From Macrostomum lignano (lineage: Eukaryota), in assembly GCA_002269645.1 (NCBI GenBank), contig NIVC01000138.1, forward strand, positions 146,533-210,532: a DNA stretch of 64,000 nt, written 5' to 3'. The translations under genes and the position numbers were made by a program. Shown here one piece after another: positions 47,901-61,040 of this stretch. Below the pieces are notes generated by a model. It saw only the letters and a list, made by a program, of their open reading frames with translations, made no database searches and was not told the DNA's origin. Numbering within the stretch: position 1 is the first letter of the stretch; every line of letters begins with the position of its first letter.

Positions 47901-50900
47901 ATCTCAATAAATCACCGCATTCTCATCCTGTTCTCCTGCTCTCTTCCTCCCTCTCAGCAATTCTCCTCTGTACTGAGCGGCCAAGCAAAATAGAGATAGA
48001 TATACTTGGGACAGGAGAGAGCGGGGGGCGACAGACAGACAGACAGACATTGCGGCATTGCGGCAAAAGAAGACTAGGCTTTGAAGCCGGTGCCGCAGCC
48101 CAAACTGCCGTACTCTTTTGTTCAACTCTTGAATTCAAAGGAGCCCAGACTCGCTTCTCAGGGTGGAAGGAAGGGACAGCAATATTTTCTCCCTTCAAGA
48201 GGCTTCCGATTCCGCTGATTATTGTCCAGCACCTCCGACTCGCCCCCCCCTTTAACCGGCTGAGAATTTACAGCGTCTTCTTTTTCAGAAAGAGAGGGAC
48301 AATTTCCTCTAGGGCATTTCTCCTCACCTTGGCTGCATCAGCAAATCTGTATGTCATTCGCAGCTTTGCCTCCATAATCAGCAGGCCAAGTGGACATCCA
48401 TTTCCAGCTAGGATTTTTTACGACAGCCGATGGGGCCATTTTTCAGGCTATAGATTTTTTTGGAAGCGAAAATTTATGACTGCGACAACCGCGACGCACG
48501 TGCGGCCCTCCCCGTAGCGCTCTGTACGACAGGTGATTTCCTGACTAAATAATAATAATAAAACTATCGATAATGCCCGTCCGTCTCCCTCCCAGATGAA
48601 GATTGAGGAGGCTGACTGAGGAGACAAGATTCCAGATTTCGAAGCCTAATAGGTGACAGTGCCAAATCAGCCGTTTGAAATCACCAGTCAGTATTAGCTA
48701 TAGCTAAGTAATAAATAATTGGACTAATTTAGCCGGTGCAAAAGAAGCAATAAAGCGCAATAAGCTTGAATCCGAAAAGCGAAGATAAGAAGCTAATAAG
48801 CGTAAATAGGTTAGTTAATGTAGAAAAACAGAGTCCGATAGGATTGAACAAAAAAATGAAGCCTGCACCCAAAGCGGCAAGGTAAAGCCAGCATGCTAAA
48901 AGGAGACTGACTAGAAAGATCTCGATAAATATTGAAGCATTGATGGCGCTCTCTATGTAATAATGGAAAATAGTGGCAGGCGCTCTAAATATGTACAAGG
49001 TAGGGCAGACTGGAGCAGCTTGGGATTAAGCTGGCCGCCGCTGCTGTAACTGCTGTCGCATACTGCGGCTGCTGCTGCTGCTGCTGGTTCAGCATCGGCA
49101 TAACAAAGGGCACGGCCAGTGCTGCCGCCGATGACTCATCACTGATTTGAAGCTGCTGCTGCTCAGCCATCAGCTTCCTCTTTTTAGCGACGCCAGCCAG
49201 CGACTGAGCATCTGACGGCGGCGGCGGTCGCAAGCCGGCAGCTGCGGCGGCGGCCGCGGCCGCTGCTTGGTGATGATAAGCCGCCGCAGCAGCAGCCGCA
49301 GCCGCCGCTGGGCCACCGTCAGGGCCGCCGCCATCACCGCCGTCGCCGGCAGTGGAAGAGGATGAGGAGGAGGCGAAGGCGGAGGCAAAGCCGGTGACGC
49401 CGCTGTGCGCAAAGCGGCTCTATAGCAGGGCAATGGCAGAGTAAAAAAAATTTGGAGCAAAGACGGTACAGGAGAGTCGCATGCGATGCTCAGTGCTTGC
49501 TGGGGGGGGGTTTAGATTTTGAAGCTGCTGCACGCAACAGAGACCAGACGCACTGCTTAGGTGTATTTTATGACTATTTTTGCCATTTAAATGTTTCTAT
49601 TATGAGCGTATTTGAGCTACTAAAGTCCAGCCTGAACGGTGGAAAGGTGAGTGCATTAACCTTTGATGCGCGTCTGATCTGTGCTGCCAAGGCGCATAGC
49701 TCGTACAGTAGCGGCGGTGCATGCGCTAATATTAATTATTAGTATTTAAAATGTAATATAAAATGTAATTATTAATAGTAAGCAAAGGAAAGGTCAGTAT
49801 AGCATTCAACGGGTCGCGCAGAAGCGGATTGTTTATACGACGACTTAAATTTGTTAGTAAAAGTTATTCAGTTAGTTTAAAAATTGTGCGAAAATAAACT
49901 AAATAAATCGCGATAATGTTAGTCTTATTCTTATTTTATTAAACGACCATACGTAGAAATGTAGAAGAAAGTTGTTTTACAGCTAATGTGTGGGCACGCC
50001 ATCCCATTCTTTGATTTTCAAGGCGATTTCCAAATCCTTCATCCCTTCTCTCACCTATCCAGTTAACTAATTTGAGCGCACTAGCTAGTTCCGCCTTTGA
50101 GCGCAGCAGCTCCATAGTGGCACCTGCTGCTCCCTTGCAGTGACTGCATAATTGCTCTAAGCTGTGCGGCCTTAATTTTAGCTAGCAGGAGGCACAAGGA
50201 GAGGAGTTGAATCCGCAGTCGCTGAGAGAGGCGAACAGCGCGGGTAGAAAATGATACGCTTGAGACGAATAGGCAGTTTCGCTGCCCGATAATAGGGACT
50301 ATTTATTATGGTTAAAGAGAATAGGGGGCTTTTTTTAGGCAAAACGAGATGCAGAAAGGGGGGACGCAAGGTCGGAGAGAGGGTGAGATCTCGGCTTTGT
50401 CCTCAAATTAGGCCTTCCCCATACCTGTGTATTTTGTTTCGGGGGCCTTCTCAGTCTCATCCTCCATCCCCCCCCCCAGCCTGTCATCTGAAGGGCTGAG
50501 CGAATTTTTTGCCGACTCTTTTGCGTGCTGCGCTGATGGAATAGGAGACTGAAAGGAAACGGAGCAAGCTAGAGTAGTGATAGGAAAAGGGTGCCGGAAG
50601 CAGACAGATCCGAGTCTACGAAGTTGCAGATGCCAGACGGCGCTTGTTGCATCCCAACAACAGCCAACCACCCCCGTTTTCCTCGTTTCGTGCCAGTTTA
50701 CCGATCACGAAGCCCTCCGCTCGTTGATCTGCTCGGGCTGCTCTGTGGAGCAGTTTAAACTTTGCTTTTTCCCGTCCTCATTAGTTAAATTCTCCTTTTG
50801 AGAAGCACAAATTCGTCCAATAATTATGTTTAAAAACAACAAGATACGAGTATGTGTCTTGATGCTTCAATAAATCTTGTTTCACAGTTCAGCGTGGAAG

Positions 50901-53900
50901 GCTGTTTGTTCTATAGTTCACCTTGTACTGGAAGGCTGTATGTTCTATAGTTCACCTTGTACTGGAAGGCCACCTGTTCCACAGTTCACCTTGTACTGGA
51001 AGGCTGCCTGTTCCACAGTTCAGCGTGTGCAGGAAGGCTGCCTATTCCACAGTTCACCTTGTACTGGAAGGCTGCCTGTTCCACAGTTCAGCGTGTACTG
51101 GAAGGCTGCCTGTTCCACAGTTCAGCGTGTACTGGAAGGCTGCCTGTTCCACAGTTCACCTTGTACTGGAAGGCTGCCTGTTCCACAGTTCAGCGTGTAC
51201 TGGAAGGCTGCCTGTTCCACAGTTCAGCGTGTGCAGGAAGGCTGCCTATTCCACAGTTCACCTTGTACTGGAAGGCTGCCTGTTCCACAGTTCAGCGTGT
51301 ACTGGAAGGCTGCCTGTTCCACAGTTCAGCGTGTACTGGAAGGCTGCCTGTTCCACAGTTCAGCGTGTACTGGAAGGCTGCCTGTTCCACAGTTCAGCGT
51401 GTACTGGAAGGCTGTATGTTCCACAGTTCAGCGTGTACTGGAAGGCTGCCTGTTCCACAGTTCACCTTGTACTGGAAGGCTGCCTGTTCCACAGTTCAGC
51501 GTGTACTGGAAGGCTGCCTGTTCCACAGTTCAGCGTGTACTGGAAGGCTGCCTGTTCCACAGTTCAGCGTGTACTGGAAGGCTGTATGTTCCACAGTTCA
51601 GTGTGTGCTGGAAGACTGTATGTTCCACAGTATGTTCCACAGTTCACCTTGTACTGGAAGGCTGCCTGTTCCACAGTTCAGCGTGTACTGGAGGGCAGCC
51701 CGATACACAGTTCAGGAGAGTATCGCGGTCCACATATCAACAAAAAGTTACAAGATTACGGTCATAAAATCTCTTAGCCGTAAAAATCAGTATATCAGCG
51801 ACCTTCCAATAACTCCTTGTCACTTGAAAACAAACGGTTTCCAGTGTAAAGCCATGCAAATATATCCAAAAAGGAGTTGCAGCCTATAGCAGGGGATTTC
51901 GCTAAGCCATCTGGAATGGGGCACGTGGGGTAGAACCGGAGTGAAAAACAAGCATTCCAGGATGCAGAAAGTGAGCCGCCAGCCGGAAAGCGTGATTGAT
52001 GGTCACTTCAATAGCGAGAGGACCCGAGTGTCTATAATATAGCTGGCTTTTTGAAACCCTAAAACGCGCCTAGCCCCGATCGGATGACTAAAATCTGCGG
52101 CCACTAGTCCTGTCCGTCGTTGTTTTTACTTTTGCCTTTGTGCATTAAAAGCAGTTTTAGAACGGGAAATCGGAAAGCAAAAGCCACCAGCAGGGATAAA
52201 TTTGTCCATGTCTAATTCGTTCACCTATCGCTGAAGTGCCCGTATTTTTCTCGCATAAAAGTAGAAGAGCGATTAGGCAATGATGGTTTTAACGCTTGGG
52301 ATATAACAAATCCGTGAACCCCGCCATCCTCTGATGCATTCTACTTTGAATGCAAATCCCCCGGGGAGTCGATCCACTCCCAGCTCGGTGGGCAACAACA
52401 ATACTGGCGGGATGTTCCACTGTTGGGGAGCGGCGATGGGAATCGCGATCCCGGTTAAAATAGTAGTGGGTCCGAGACCATCAGGCTGTAACAACACGGG
52501 GGTGTCTGTGTGCGCGGATCTTTTACCAACTCGGCACAGGCTACGGAGAGCGAATTTAGAGGGCCAGCTAGGAAGGAAAGCAGAAAAAATGGTTTCCAGA
52601 AATCGGATGGGCAAGCAAGCCACCTCATCCTCCGCTGGGAGCCCAACAAAAAGAAGAAAGCTGTAGAGGAACTACGAAGTTGATGAAAAGTTCGGGTTCT
52701 CTCTCCGGATGCTTTTCAGCTTTGCCCCCTTCGCTTTCTTTCAGGGTTTACTTGCTTTTGCTGAGAGCGACTAAGTCATTAATCACTGGGTTAGGGAGCG
52801 GGCCTGAGACTCGGAGCCGTGCCACGCCGGACCCGCAACCACAAGACAAATGGGGGTGGAACAGGATGGCACCGAGGCCTGGCGGGCAAGGGCCGCCTCT
52901 CTCCCCACTCTTTCGCATAATTAGCTTCTCTCCCAAGGACCAGATCCCCCTATTCGTTTCTTTGCATTCCGCTCCTATTTTTGCATCCGCATAGAAACTT
53001 TGCTTGTGGCTGTTTGGCCCGCCCGTCCCAGCCTCCGCCGTCTGCCCCTCTCCAGCTGCAGATGCAGTCAGAATTCGTACCGCACGGCACCCGGCCTGTC
53101 AAAGTGCCCCCGACTGACCGACTGCGCCTCTCCCGGAATTGGGGAGGGTAGGAAGAGACGAAGAATGAGGCCAACGAAGGGAGATTCCAACCGTTCGCTG
53201 CTCGGGTGGTTGCAAGTACCAACTTTGCCTTAGAAATGAGAGAAGGATAAGGTTTTGCCTCGGTAGCTACTCCCTCTTCCCGGATTCCTTCCACATAGCC
53301 CTCGTCATTTGTCATTGGGCGCCTTGGGGCTTTGCAGAATCCGGGAGGCGGGCGCATTCAGCAACCAACTGTTACCCCCATTTGAGAGTGTCTGCTGCCG
53401 CGAATGCATCAACAGCCGATGCTTGACGAGAAGGGAAGGGGGAAAACAGATTTACCTCTCATCTGCCTTGTTTGCCGTCTTTTGCTTGCTCCTATTACGC
53501 TAGGACTTCCAGGTGACTCACTTACAGCTTCTTACTGGCCAGGGGGCATTAGCCACATCTTGATTACACCAAAGGAGCCCGAAATTCTTTCCCGCTTACT
53601 CTCGTCTTACACGCTTCGTGCGACCATCTGAGTGTCTCGCCAATGGTGACTCACGCGAGCATAGTCGGCGGGGCAGCATTTCTGCCTTGCTGCGTCGGAG
53701 TGCGGCGCAGCGCAGCTGATCCGAGGGATTTTTTTCTGCGAACCGACCGACAGCCAGCAAGTCAGGCCAAACCAAGCGTCTCCCTCCCCCTCTCCCTATC
53801 TGCCGTGACTCACGTTTGGCAAGATAAGACAGCATCGCTTGTATTCGAAATAGCTAGCTATAGGCATGGCACGTGTGGCTTGGCTGCACGCAGCAATCTT

Positions 53901-56900
53901 TAATCCCAATGTGCACGACGCAATGCGCTGTTTGGGGTCTGCGCATGGCGGATAGGGTCAGGGAATAGGCACGGCCCGGACCACAACAACCAGTTGGTGG
54001 TCCCGCGGCCTGAAATTCGATACAGACGGAGAGGCAATCGTGCGCCAAGAGCTAACTTTCAAAGACTTCTGCTCGATTTTTGGCAAATTCCTTCCTTATA
54101 GTAGATAAACAAGTAGTCCGTGAGTAATCAATTCCAGCTATCTGCATCGGCGGAGAAGCATGCCTGTTTATCGTACTACATATCAGAAAATGTACGACAG
54201 CAACTGTACCTTTTGTGTACTGTTGCATTAAAGCGATACAACAGGCAGTTTATATAACGCCGTACAACTTGCATAATTCTTATAGTCAAGCAGTATAAGA
54301 CCTAAGGCCTGTACTTAGAATTGCTTGTCCAAAAACGAAAACTAGACTGGGCCGCATTTGCCCGCAGTTCCACAGCATAAAACAACATTTTATTGGCCCA
54401 AAATAAACCCCCCGCCATACACAAACAATCATCATGGCCTTTCTCTTGTGCTCACACCGACACTCGTTCACTGCAATTATTCACACTAGCGGCTTCTAAA
54501 TTTGCGCAATAGAAACATTTTTATGCACCAACCGCCCTGTTGGTCAAGTGCGCAAGGATTATGCTAATTTGCAGCGCAATTCTAGCCCGGAACGCGGGAG
54601 AGCGAATACAAAGAAAGGATATATTGAAGACAGAGCAGGCTCTAATTAGACTTATTTGACTCAACCTTCCAGCCTTCGTACATGTAGGGCGTCGTGGACC
54701 AATGTGTCCATTGACGGCTAAATGACACGTACTCCGAAAGTATTCTCCTCTCATAATATGTTGAGCAGCAGCAGCAAGCACGATGAGCCAATTTTAGCGG
54801 TTCCGCATTCGCGGTATCGAGTGTCATCGCGCGGAAAGATGGGCCCCCAACCAGCCAGCCCATTTTCGGTCGCTGCTGGCACATTGCGGTTAAATATATG
54901 CGGTCCCGGCGGATGGGATGATGGATGCTGCAGGCCGCATCAGTGCTATCGCGCAGTCGGCCTTTTCTATTCCCTATCTATTTCCCCGATGCCAATGGCT
55001 TAAAAAGCTCGAGCCTTGTCGCATTGCCCGGCTTTAGATGCATTTTGCCATCTTTTCTGCCTCTCTATCTCTCTCTGCGCTACTCTGAAATCTAGAATAC
55101 TACATGCGACAGCGGCTCGGGAGCCAAGCCAGCAAGGCCATAGAGATACACTGCCGGTGCGCGTTCCTCCTCATCTGCTGCCTCCCAGCGTTCGATTCTT
55201 GCGCCCTCGATTCTCCGTCCGCGCGCATATTTCTCTCTCCAAATTTAATATGCGTGCCATTACAATTTTCATTGCGATTGCGAGCCAAAATTTGCATACC
55301 GCCCCCGCCACCGCCAAACCCTGCTGCACGGCGCCCTGCGCAATAGTCAGAAACGCGTGCAATGCCGCAATGCCAGTGCGCCCGTTGCGAGGCTGGCTTG
55401 AAAAGAAGAAGCATTGAAAGAAAACGAGAAGAGGGGGGCATCGATAAAGTAAAAGACGAGAGAAACTCCCCGACTATTAGGATGGCATTTGAACGAAACT
55501 AAAAACCCAATTTTTTTTAAAAACTGGAATGCTGGGCTTGTAATAATCACGCATAAAAGCATCAGATAGAATCAAAGATTGCTACTGCTGTACTGGAAGA
55601 TCAAATTTCAACGAATTTAGCCAATTCTCGTCTTCTCTTTAAATTGCGTATTTTTTATCTTGAACTATTTCCGAGCGATTTTTTATTTTGTTTGAAAAAC
55701 TTGTGCCATTTTTATTAGGCAGATTATTAGCAGTTAATATTTCTTTATCTGAGGTATTATAGTAGAGCTTCCATGGTTTGAGCGGAGTGCATTGGCGTGT
55801 GAGAATCTGTCTCTCACTCTAAAATTCTATTTCCATTGCATTTACTTGGGTAATTTAGGCAGACACCAGCGTGGCATTGGATGGCGTGCAGAAGCTGGGA
55901 CTTTGGCAAACGGTTGACAGACACCCGTTGTTTCTTATAGCGTGACCAGCACGGATTCGCAAACACACTGACAGGCCACTCGTTCACACAAAGTGTCAGT
56001 CAACGCTATAGCAGGCTGAATGCTCCTTTCCTCGCTGCTGCGCCCTCTGTTGCCTCTAACTCTACCAGCCCTTTTCTATCGCAATTGGAATTCTTACCAA
56101 TGGGATTATGAATTATTCCGCTACGCCAGACCCCGCGCGCAAACGGCAGAGAGGAGAAAATCCCCACCGATGGACGGACTGTGCCAGTTGCAAAAAATAT
56201 GCCACAGAAAAAATCGTGCAAGCCATACAGTAGCTGGATAGCCACAGCGATAACCAACCACGGCGCCGGTCCCCGGCAGACGACAAAGTTTCAACAACAA
56301 AAAACAATAGCAAAAACAGAATCAGCTGTGGCTGTAGCAACAGTACACGATACGCATGTACGAATGAAATAAAAAAGGACAGGCGCTTAAAGACCAGGCG
56401 AATATCGCATTCCACAGATAAAGTGGGATAAACACGGTGGCAGGCATAGCGATTCGTTTCCCAACCGCTTCCCTCTGCTGACAGCGCGAGGCCTCTCCCC
56501 TCTCCTAGTGTCCGTGTAGTGACCTATTGCGCCTGGTCATGTGCAAAAACAAACTGTAAGGTCACTGCCAGACATGTAGACCCGAAGTTGTAAATTTGAT
56601 AGCAACCCGCCTTCAACCAGGCATTTTCAGACGCCCATTCCACCTTTAACGTGTCGCCTCCCAATAGAATCTTATCCATAAGGCAGGAGTGCCGTTGTCG
56701 TAGTCTGAACAAACTGACAATTCCTTTGCCAACCAGATCCCACCTACGTCCACTTCCCCCAAAATCCTACTGGAGTTGGGAAGAAACACGCGCATTATGC
56801 GAAGCAGCATGATCATATCGCCATTTCTTACCCATAGCTACTCACTAAACGGCGCCAACACGGTGCTGGGCAGAATAAAAGAGAAAATTGCGAGTGAGAG

Positions 56901-59900
56901 AAGAGTGAAATAATCTGACTGGCTTAGGGGCGCCTTGTGAAGGGGTCACCGCGCGTCAGGCGACCTGCAATGCAGCATTTTCCCCTTTTACCTCTCTCTC
57001 CCGCGCTTTCGGGCTCACCCGCACTTCACAACCGGAGAACTTGGGGGGGGGGGTATCCTCGGATATCGCGGGTCTACTGAAGAGTTACACAGACACTCGG
57101 CAGTTTACTCCAGTTAGATCCCCCTTGCATAGCTACTCAGCTCGCACACCTGGCGCCTTCAGCACACCCGAGAGCAGAATTAGAGGCTTAACAGACAGAA
57201 GAACCGGAGGAAGGAAGAAGGGCCAGAGCAAAAACTCGATCTATGTCTATAGTAGCGGCTAGCTAGTCTCGCATATAATGCATTGTTTCGTCTCTTTATT
57301 ATATTGCGCGTTCCTGACATTTGGCAAGCTTGATTCATACAGCTTGACTAGGACCACACGGCAAGCGGATTAGGTCTCACTAGATAGCTAAACTATAATA
57401 CCGAACTCCAAGTTATTCAACTTTGTAGCAGTGCATAGCTAGGATACACAATTTGTCCTCAATGGGTTAATAGCGACTCTAGGAATTGCTCTGTATCTCT
57501 CTGACTAACTAGTTACAGCTATGACTCTTATATACCCAGCAATATGACTGCATTTTGTAGAGGCGAGATAACAGCTCTCAGTCTGTGCGCTTGTGCGGCA
57601 TAGCAATTTTACCGCACCCACACACGCACAAACATATTACAGTTGAGTCTGGCTTCAGCTTATCTATTCGATTGCGAGTGGGTTTTTTTAGAGAGGCTTT
57701 CGGTTTGTTTTACTGCCGAGGTTCCCAGATTGCTGCTGCTGCGGATAATGGCCGGGAGGTAAGGGGGCGCTGCAGAGGGGAGTCGAACTGCAGACTTGCG
57801 CGGTATCTATCAACCAGTTCACTGGTTGTATTTCGACGAATGACCGACCCCTCGGTGTGAAGTCATTTTTATTGCCTTCTTACGAATTCGCTATCTTGTG
57901 TGTACCGAATGTGAGCAGCACCCAAAAATCCCCCCGCCACTCCCAGATTTCCTTTGCTCTTATCGATGAGCAGAAATAATCATAATAAATAATACTAAAA
58001 TACAATATATTGATGAAAAAAGTAATAAAAAGGAAGGAATGGGAAATGGATAGAGGGGAGTCATGGAGGGGTCATAGATTCATGTAGGGAATCATTGAGT
58101 CATGAAGAAGATTATAGTCATGGAGGGGGTTATAAAGTCATGGAGGGGTTATAAATTCATGGGGATTATAGATTCATGGAGGGGGTTATAGATTGAGGAG
58201 GGAATAAGGAATTAAGGAGGGAATCATTGAATCATGAAAAAGATTATAGAGTCATGGAGGGGGTATAGAGTCATGAAGGGGGTTATAATCATGGAGGGAA
58301 TCATAGTCATAGTCATAGAAAGTCTCTTTGAGTCAGAGGGTCAGTGAGACTCAGATGACATGCAGAACAGAGCCTTTGAAAGACATAAAACGCATTTGAC
58401 CTTGAAAGCACACAGTTATCAAGAGCTAAACTATGATTATTTAGTGGCATTGACTAGTAAGGTACAATTAAAGGGCAAATCAGCCACCACCTCCCCCCCA
58501 AAAATGGTACTTTGCCAATTGTGAAAAAAAACGGTCGCCATTAATTAAAAGCCGCTATTGGCCAATTGCTACAAATAAACGCTTAGAAAGCGGCGCTTTG
58601 CATAAACTGCACATACACTGAAGCGGACGAAGAGGCAGAGATGAAGGGCAGAGAGAGAGAGATGAAGGGGAGAGAGATGAAGGGGAAGAGAGAGATGAGG
58701 GTTAAAATTGCATACTGCCGTAAAATTTGATTTATTCATGAGAGCTAGCTCATGGCCAACCTCAACTTGCATAGCGCAAGAGAAAGCTGCGACTGCTCCA
58801 AAATGTACCCCCCCACCTAACTTGTGACCCGCTTTCGGCTGAGTACCCGGTATAAGAGCCCACTCACGACTCTGTTCCCTTTAGCTTCTCTCCCTGCCTC
58901 TGCTGCTCCATCTGTTTGCGGCGCGTTCGCTTTTGCGGCGCGTCAGTCGCGCGCTTTCTAAACGTAAAAAGAGCATCGGCATTGGATTTTGAGCTAGCCG
59001 GTGTGAGCACTGCTAAGGCATTCAGAGTAGCTAACTGGCCTAACCCTATATTCAAGGATGCTCATTCTCTGCCAAAGCCTTACTGATGTGAGAGCACGAG
59101 TCTAGAGTCTCAAGTCGTATATTACGGTCTCTGACACTGAAATGTCACCCTGTGCTGGGTGTCTCTGACACTGAAATCTCACCCTCTGCTGGGTGTCTCT
59201 GACACTGAAATCTCACCCTGTGCTGGGCGTCTCTGACACTGAAATCTCACCCTGTGCTGGGTGTCTCTGACACTGAAATCTCACCCTGTGCTGGGTGTCT
59301 CTGACACTGAAATCTCACCCTGTGCTGGGTGTCTCTGACACTGAAATCTCACCCTGCGCTGGGTGTCTGACACTAAAATCTCACCCTGTGCTGGGCGTCT
59401 TTGACACTGAAATCTCACTCTGTGCTGGGCGTCTCTGACACTGAAATCTCACCCGTGCTGGGCGTCTCATCTCATTTAGGCGCCCCAAACGAGCTCGAAC
59501 TTGCTTTGGGATTGGGAATATTATTGATTTGGAAATCGCACACCAGATCCCGGCACCCATTATTCCAATCCGACAATCAGCAAATCCTTCATTCCCCGTA
59601 AATGCTATCTAGACGCTAACCTCGGGAGGACTCATTCCGGGATTGCAATTCCAATAGGAAAATTTACATGCAAATTCCGGTCAAACCCCCATTACTGGTA
59701 TCAGCATTTTTTCTAGGTTCAGCCGGAAAAATCATTGGGGTAAAAATTGGCCCTAAGCCTGATGGATGGCGGGCCCGCATAGCGGTCTATACAAATTTGT
59801 TAATAATAGGGAGTAAGTATAGTATTAATAATATATATAATACATGTAAGTAGTTCTGACGCACATATTTAGTTATAAGTTGATAGCTCGTAAATCTATC

Positions 59901-60789
59901 CTACGAAAGGCAAAAGTTATAGCAACTTACGCTCATATGCAGCAAAGCGGCACGTACAAAGCGAATATAAAAAGTATAGATATTTAATTAGTCATCCTAC
60001 ATGTAACTAAATTAAGCGAATTGCAAGCGGCGGTTATTAAATATATAAATAATACAGTCATGATTATCCAGCCAATTAAATTTGCAGGCTAAAAACGCAG
60101 ATCTAGGTAATTTGGCAACAACATTTATCGTTAGAAATGGATTCTATTATAGCTGCTCAATTCAATAATCTGAGGGGATTTATTAGCTCCAGTCAACCCA
60201 AACCGCAATACCCATACGGCCATACTAAGCTATCGCTTAAAAAACTGATAAAAAGTAAGCAATTAAAAATCACAAATTAAAACCATTAGCCAGCAGAGCT
60301 AGTCAAGCGGGGCTGGTTTAGCAAACAAACTAGACTCCCTTTAAAAGCTTGAAACTTGCGTTGTGCGGCGGTGAAGCAATCGTTGCTGTTTTAGATAAGT
60401 CTCAAAACTAATTAGTGATCCCCATAGCTGCTCTAGGTGAACACCAGGATTTGAAAACTCACATCTCGATTGTCAAGCTTCATGCCTTGGCCGGCGCTGC
60501 CTCCTCCGCTGTTGCCGCCACCGCCGCCAGCTCCGTTGATTCCGTTCATGCTCTGCTGCTGCTGCTGCTGTTGCTGATGTTGTTGCTGATGTTGTTGCTG
60601 CTGCTGATGCTGTTGCAGGGACGCCGTCTGAGACTGCGGCGGCGGCGGCGGCGGGGGTGGCGGCGGCCCTCCGCTAAGAAGAGCGTCGGCTGCGGCGGCG
60701 GACATGACTGGCAGGCCGCCGGTGCCCAGGTAGCCGGTGTAGGTCGGCGCCGAGGTGACCGCGGCCGCCATGCCGCTGTTGATTAGCGG
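41965..60789 (-). CDS. mbl: Muscleblind-like (MBNL/mbl) gene, partial. Exons 60789-60463, 49419-48997, 42133-41965; 5' zinc-finger exons presumably outside the window; last exon not located
   Basis: Exon 42133-41965 encodes GKRPAVADNKSGIPVYQP...YQQL...AFIPTS, the C-terminal signature I recognise from invertebrate Muscleblind. Exon 60789-60463 resembles the linker exon (P...YLG...AAAA...KL..RD). Exon 49419-48997 has RFAH, poly-Ala and KKRKL. Phases 0-0-0 join in frame. The donor at 48996 (gtacat) is weak. Confidence 0.75.
42268..43235. repeat. Minisatellite, ~35-bp unit (ggattagggatcagggactgtggatcatggattaa), ~27 copies, mbl intron
   Basis: Direct periodicity; each unit contains TTAGGG and TCAGGG. 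Confidence 0.96.
45490..45790. repeat. Degenerate ~41-45-bp minisatellite (gcctgtccgtctgcatatgcctcattgtctgtcttc...), ~7 copies
   Basis: Recurrent ctgcatatgcc.cattgtc. Confidence 0.85.
47095..47310. repeat. Minisatellite, 36-bp unit (gggatagattagcaatccattctatatctcatcggc), ~6 copies
   Basis: Direct periodicity; produces the HRRDRLAIHSIS repeat ORF. Confidence 0.95.
50877..51690. repeat. Minisatellite, 34-bp unit (ggaaggctgcctgttccacagttcagcgtgtact), ~24 copies with two interleaved variants
   Basis: Direct periodicity. Confidence 0.97.
58060..58320. repeat. Highly degenerate ~20-bp repeat (gtcatggagggggttataga-like)
   Basis: Recurrent tcatgga/gggg.ttata. Confidence 0.7.
59128..59465. repeat. 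Minisatellite, 34-bp unit (gtctctgacactgaaatctcaccctgtgctgggt), ~10 copies, mbl intron
   Basis: Direct periodicity. Confidence 0.95.
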
Positions 60790-60827
60790 CTGCAAATTGT
60801 GGGATGGGGGAAGGCATAGTTGCATTT

Positions 60828-61040
60828 CAAATCCCAGTTCCTACTGGTCAAATCCCAGTTCCTACTGGTAAAATCCCAGTTCCTACTGGTCAAATCCCAG
60901 TTCCTACTGGTAAAATCCCAGATCCTACTGGTCAAATCCCAGTTCCTACTAGTCAAATCCCAGTTCCGTCTCGTCAAATCCCAGTTCCTACTGATCACAT
61001 CCCAGTTCCTACTGGTCAAATCCCAGTTCCTATTGATCAA
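60828..61040. repeat. Minisatellite, 21-bp unit (caaatcccagttcctactggt), ~10 copies, ~40 bp upstream of the mbl exon acceptor at 60790
   Basis: Direct periodicity. Confidence 0.95.

Noticed and set aside
53990-54040. Minus-strand LSVCIEFQ as a hidden MBNL zinc-finger exon
   Set aside because: It resembles LEVCREFQ only superficially; the downstream Cys spacing (C-x7-C-x6-C-x3-H) is absent and there is no convincing acceptor or donor pair
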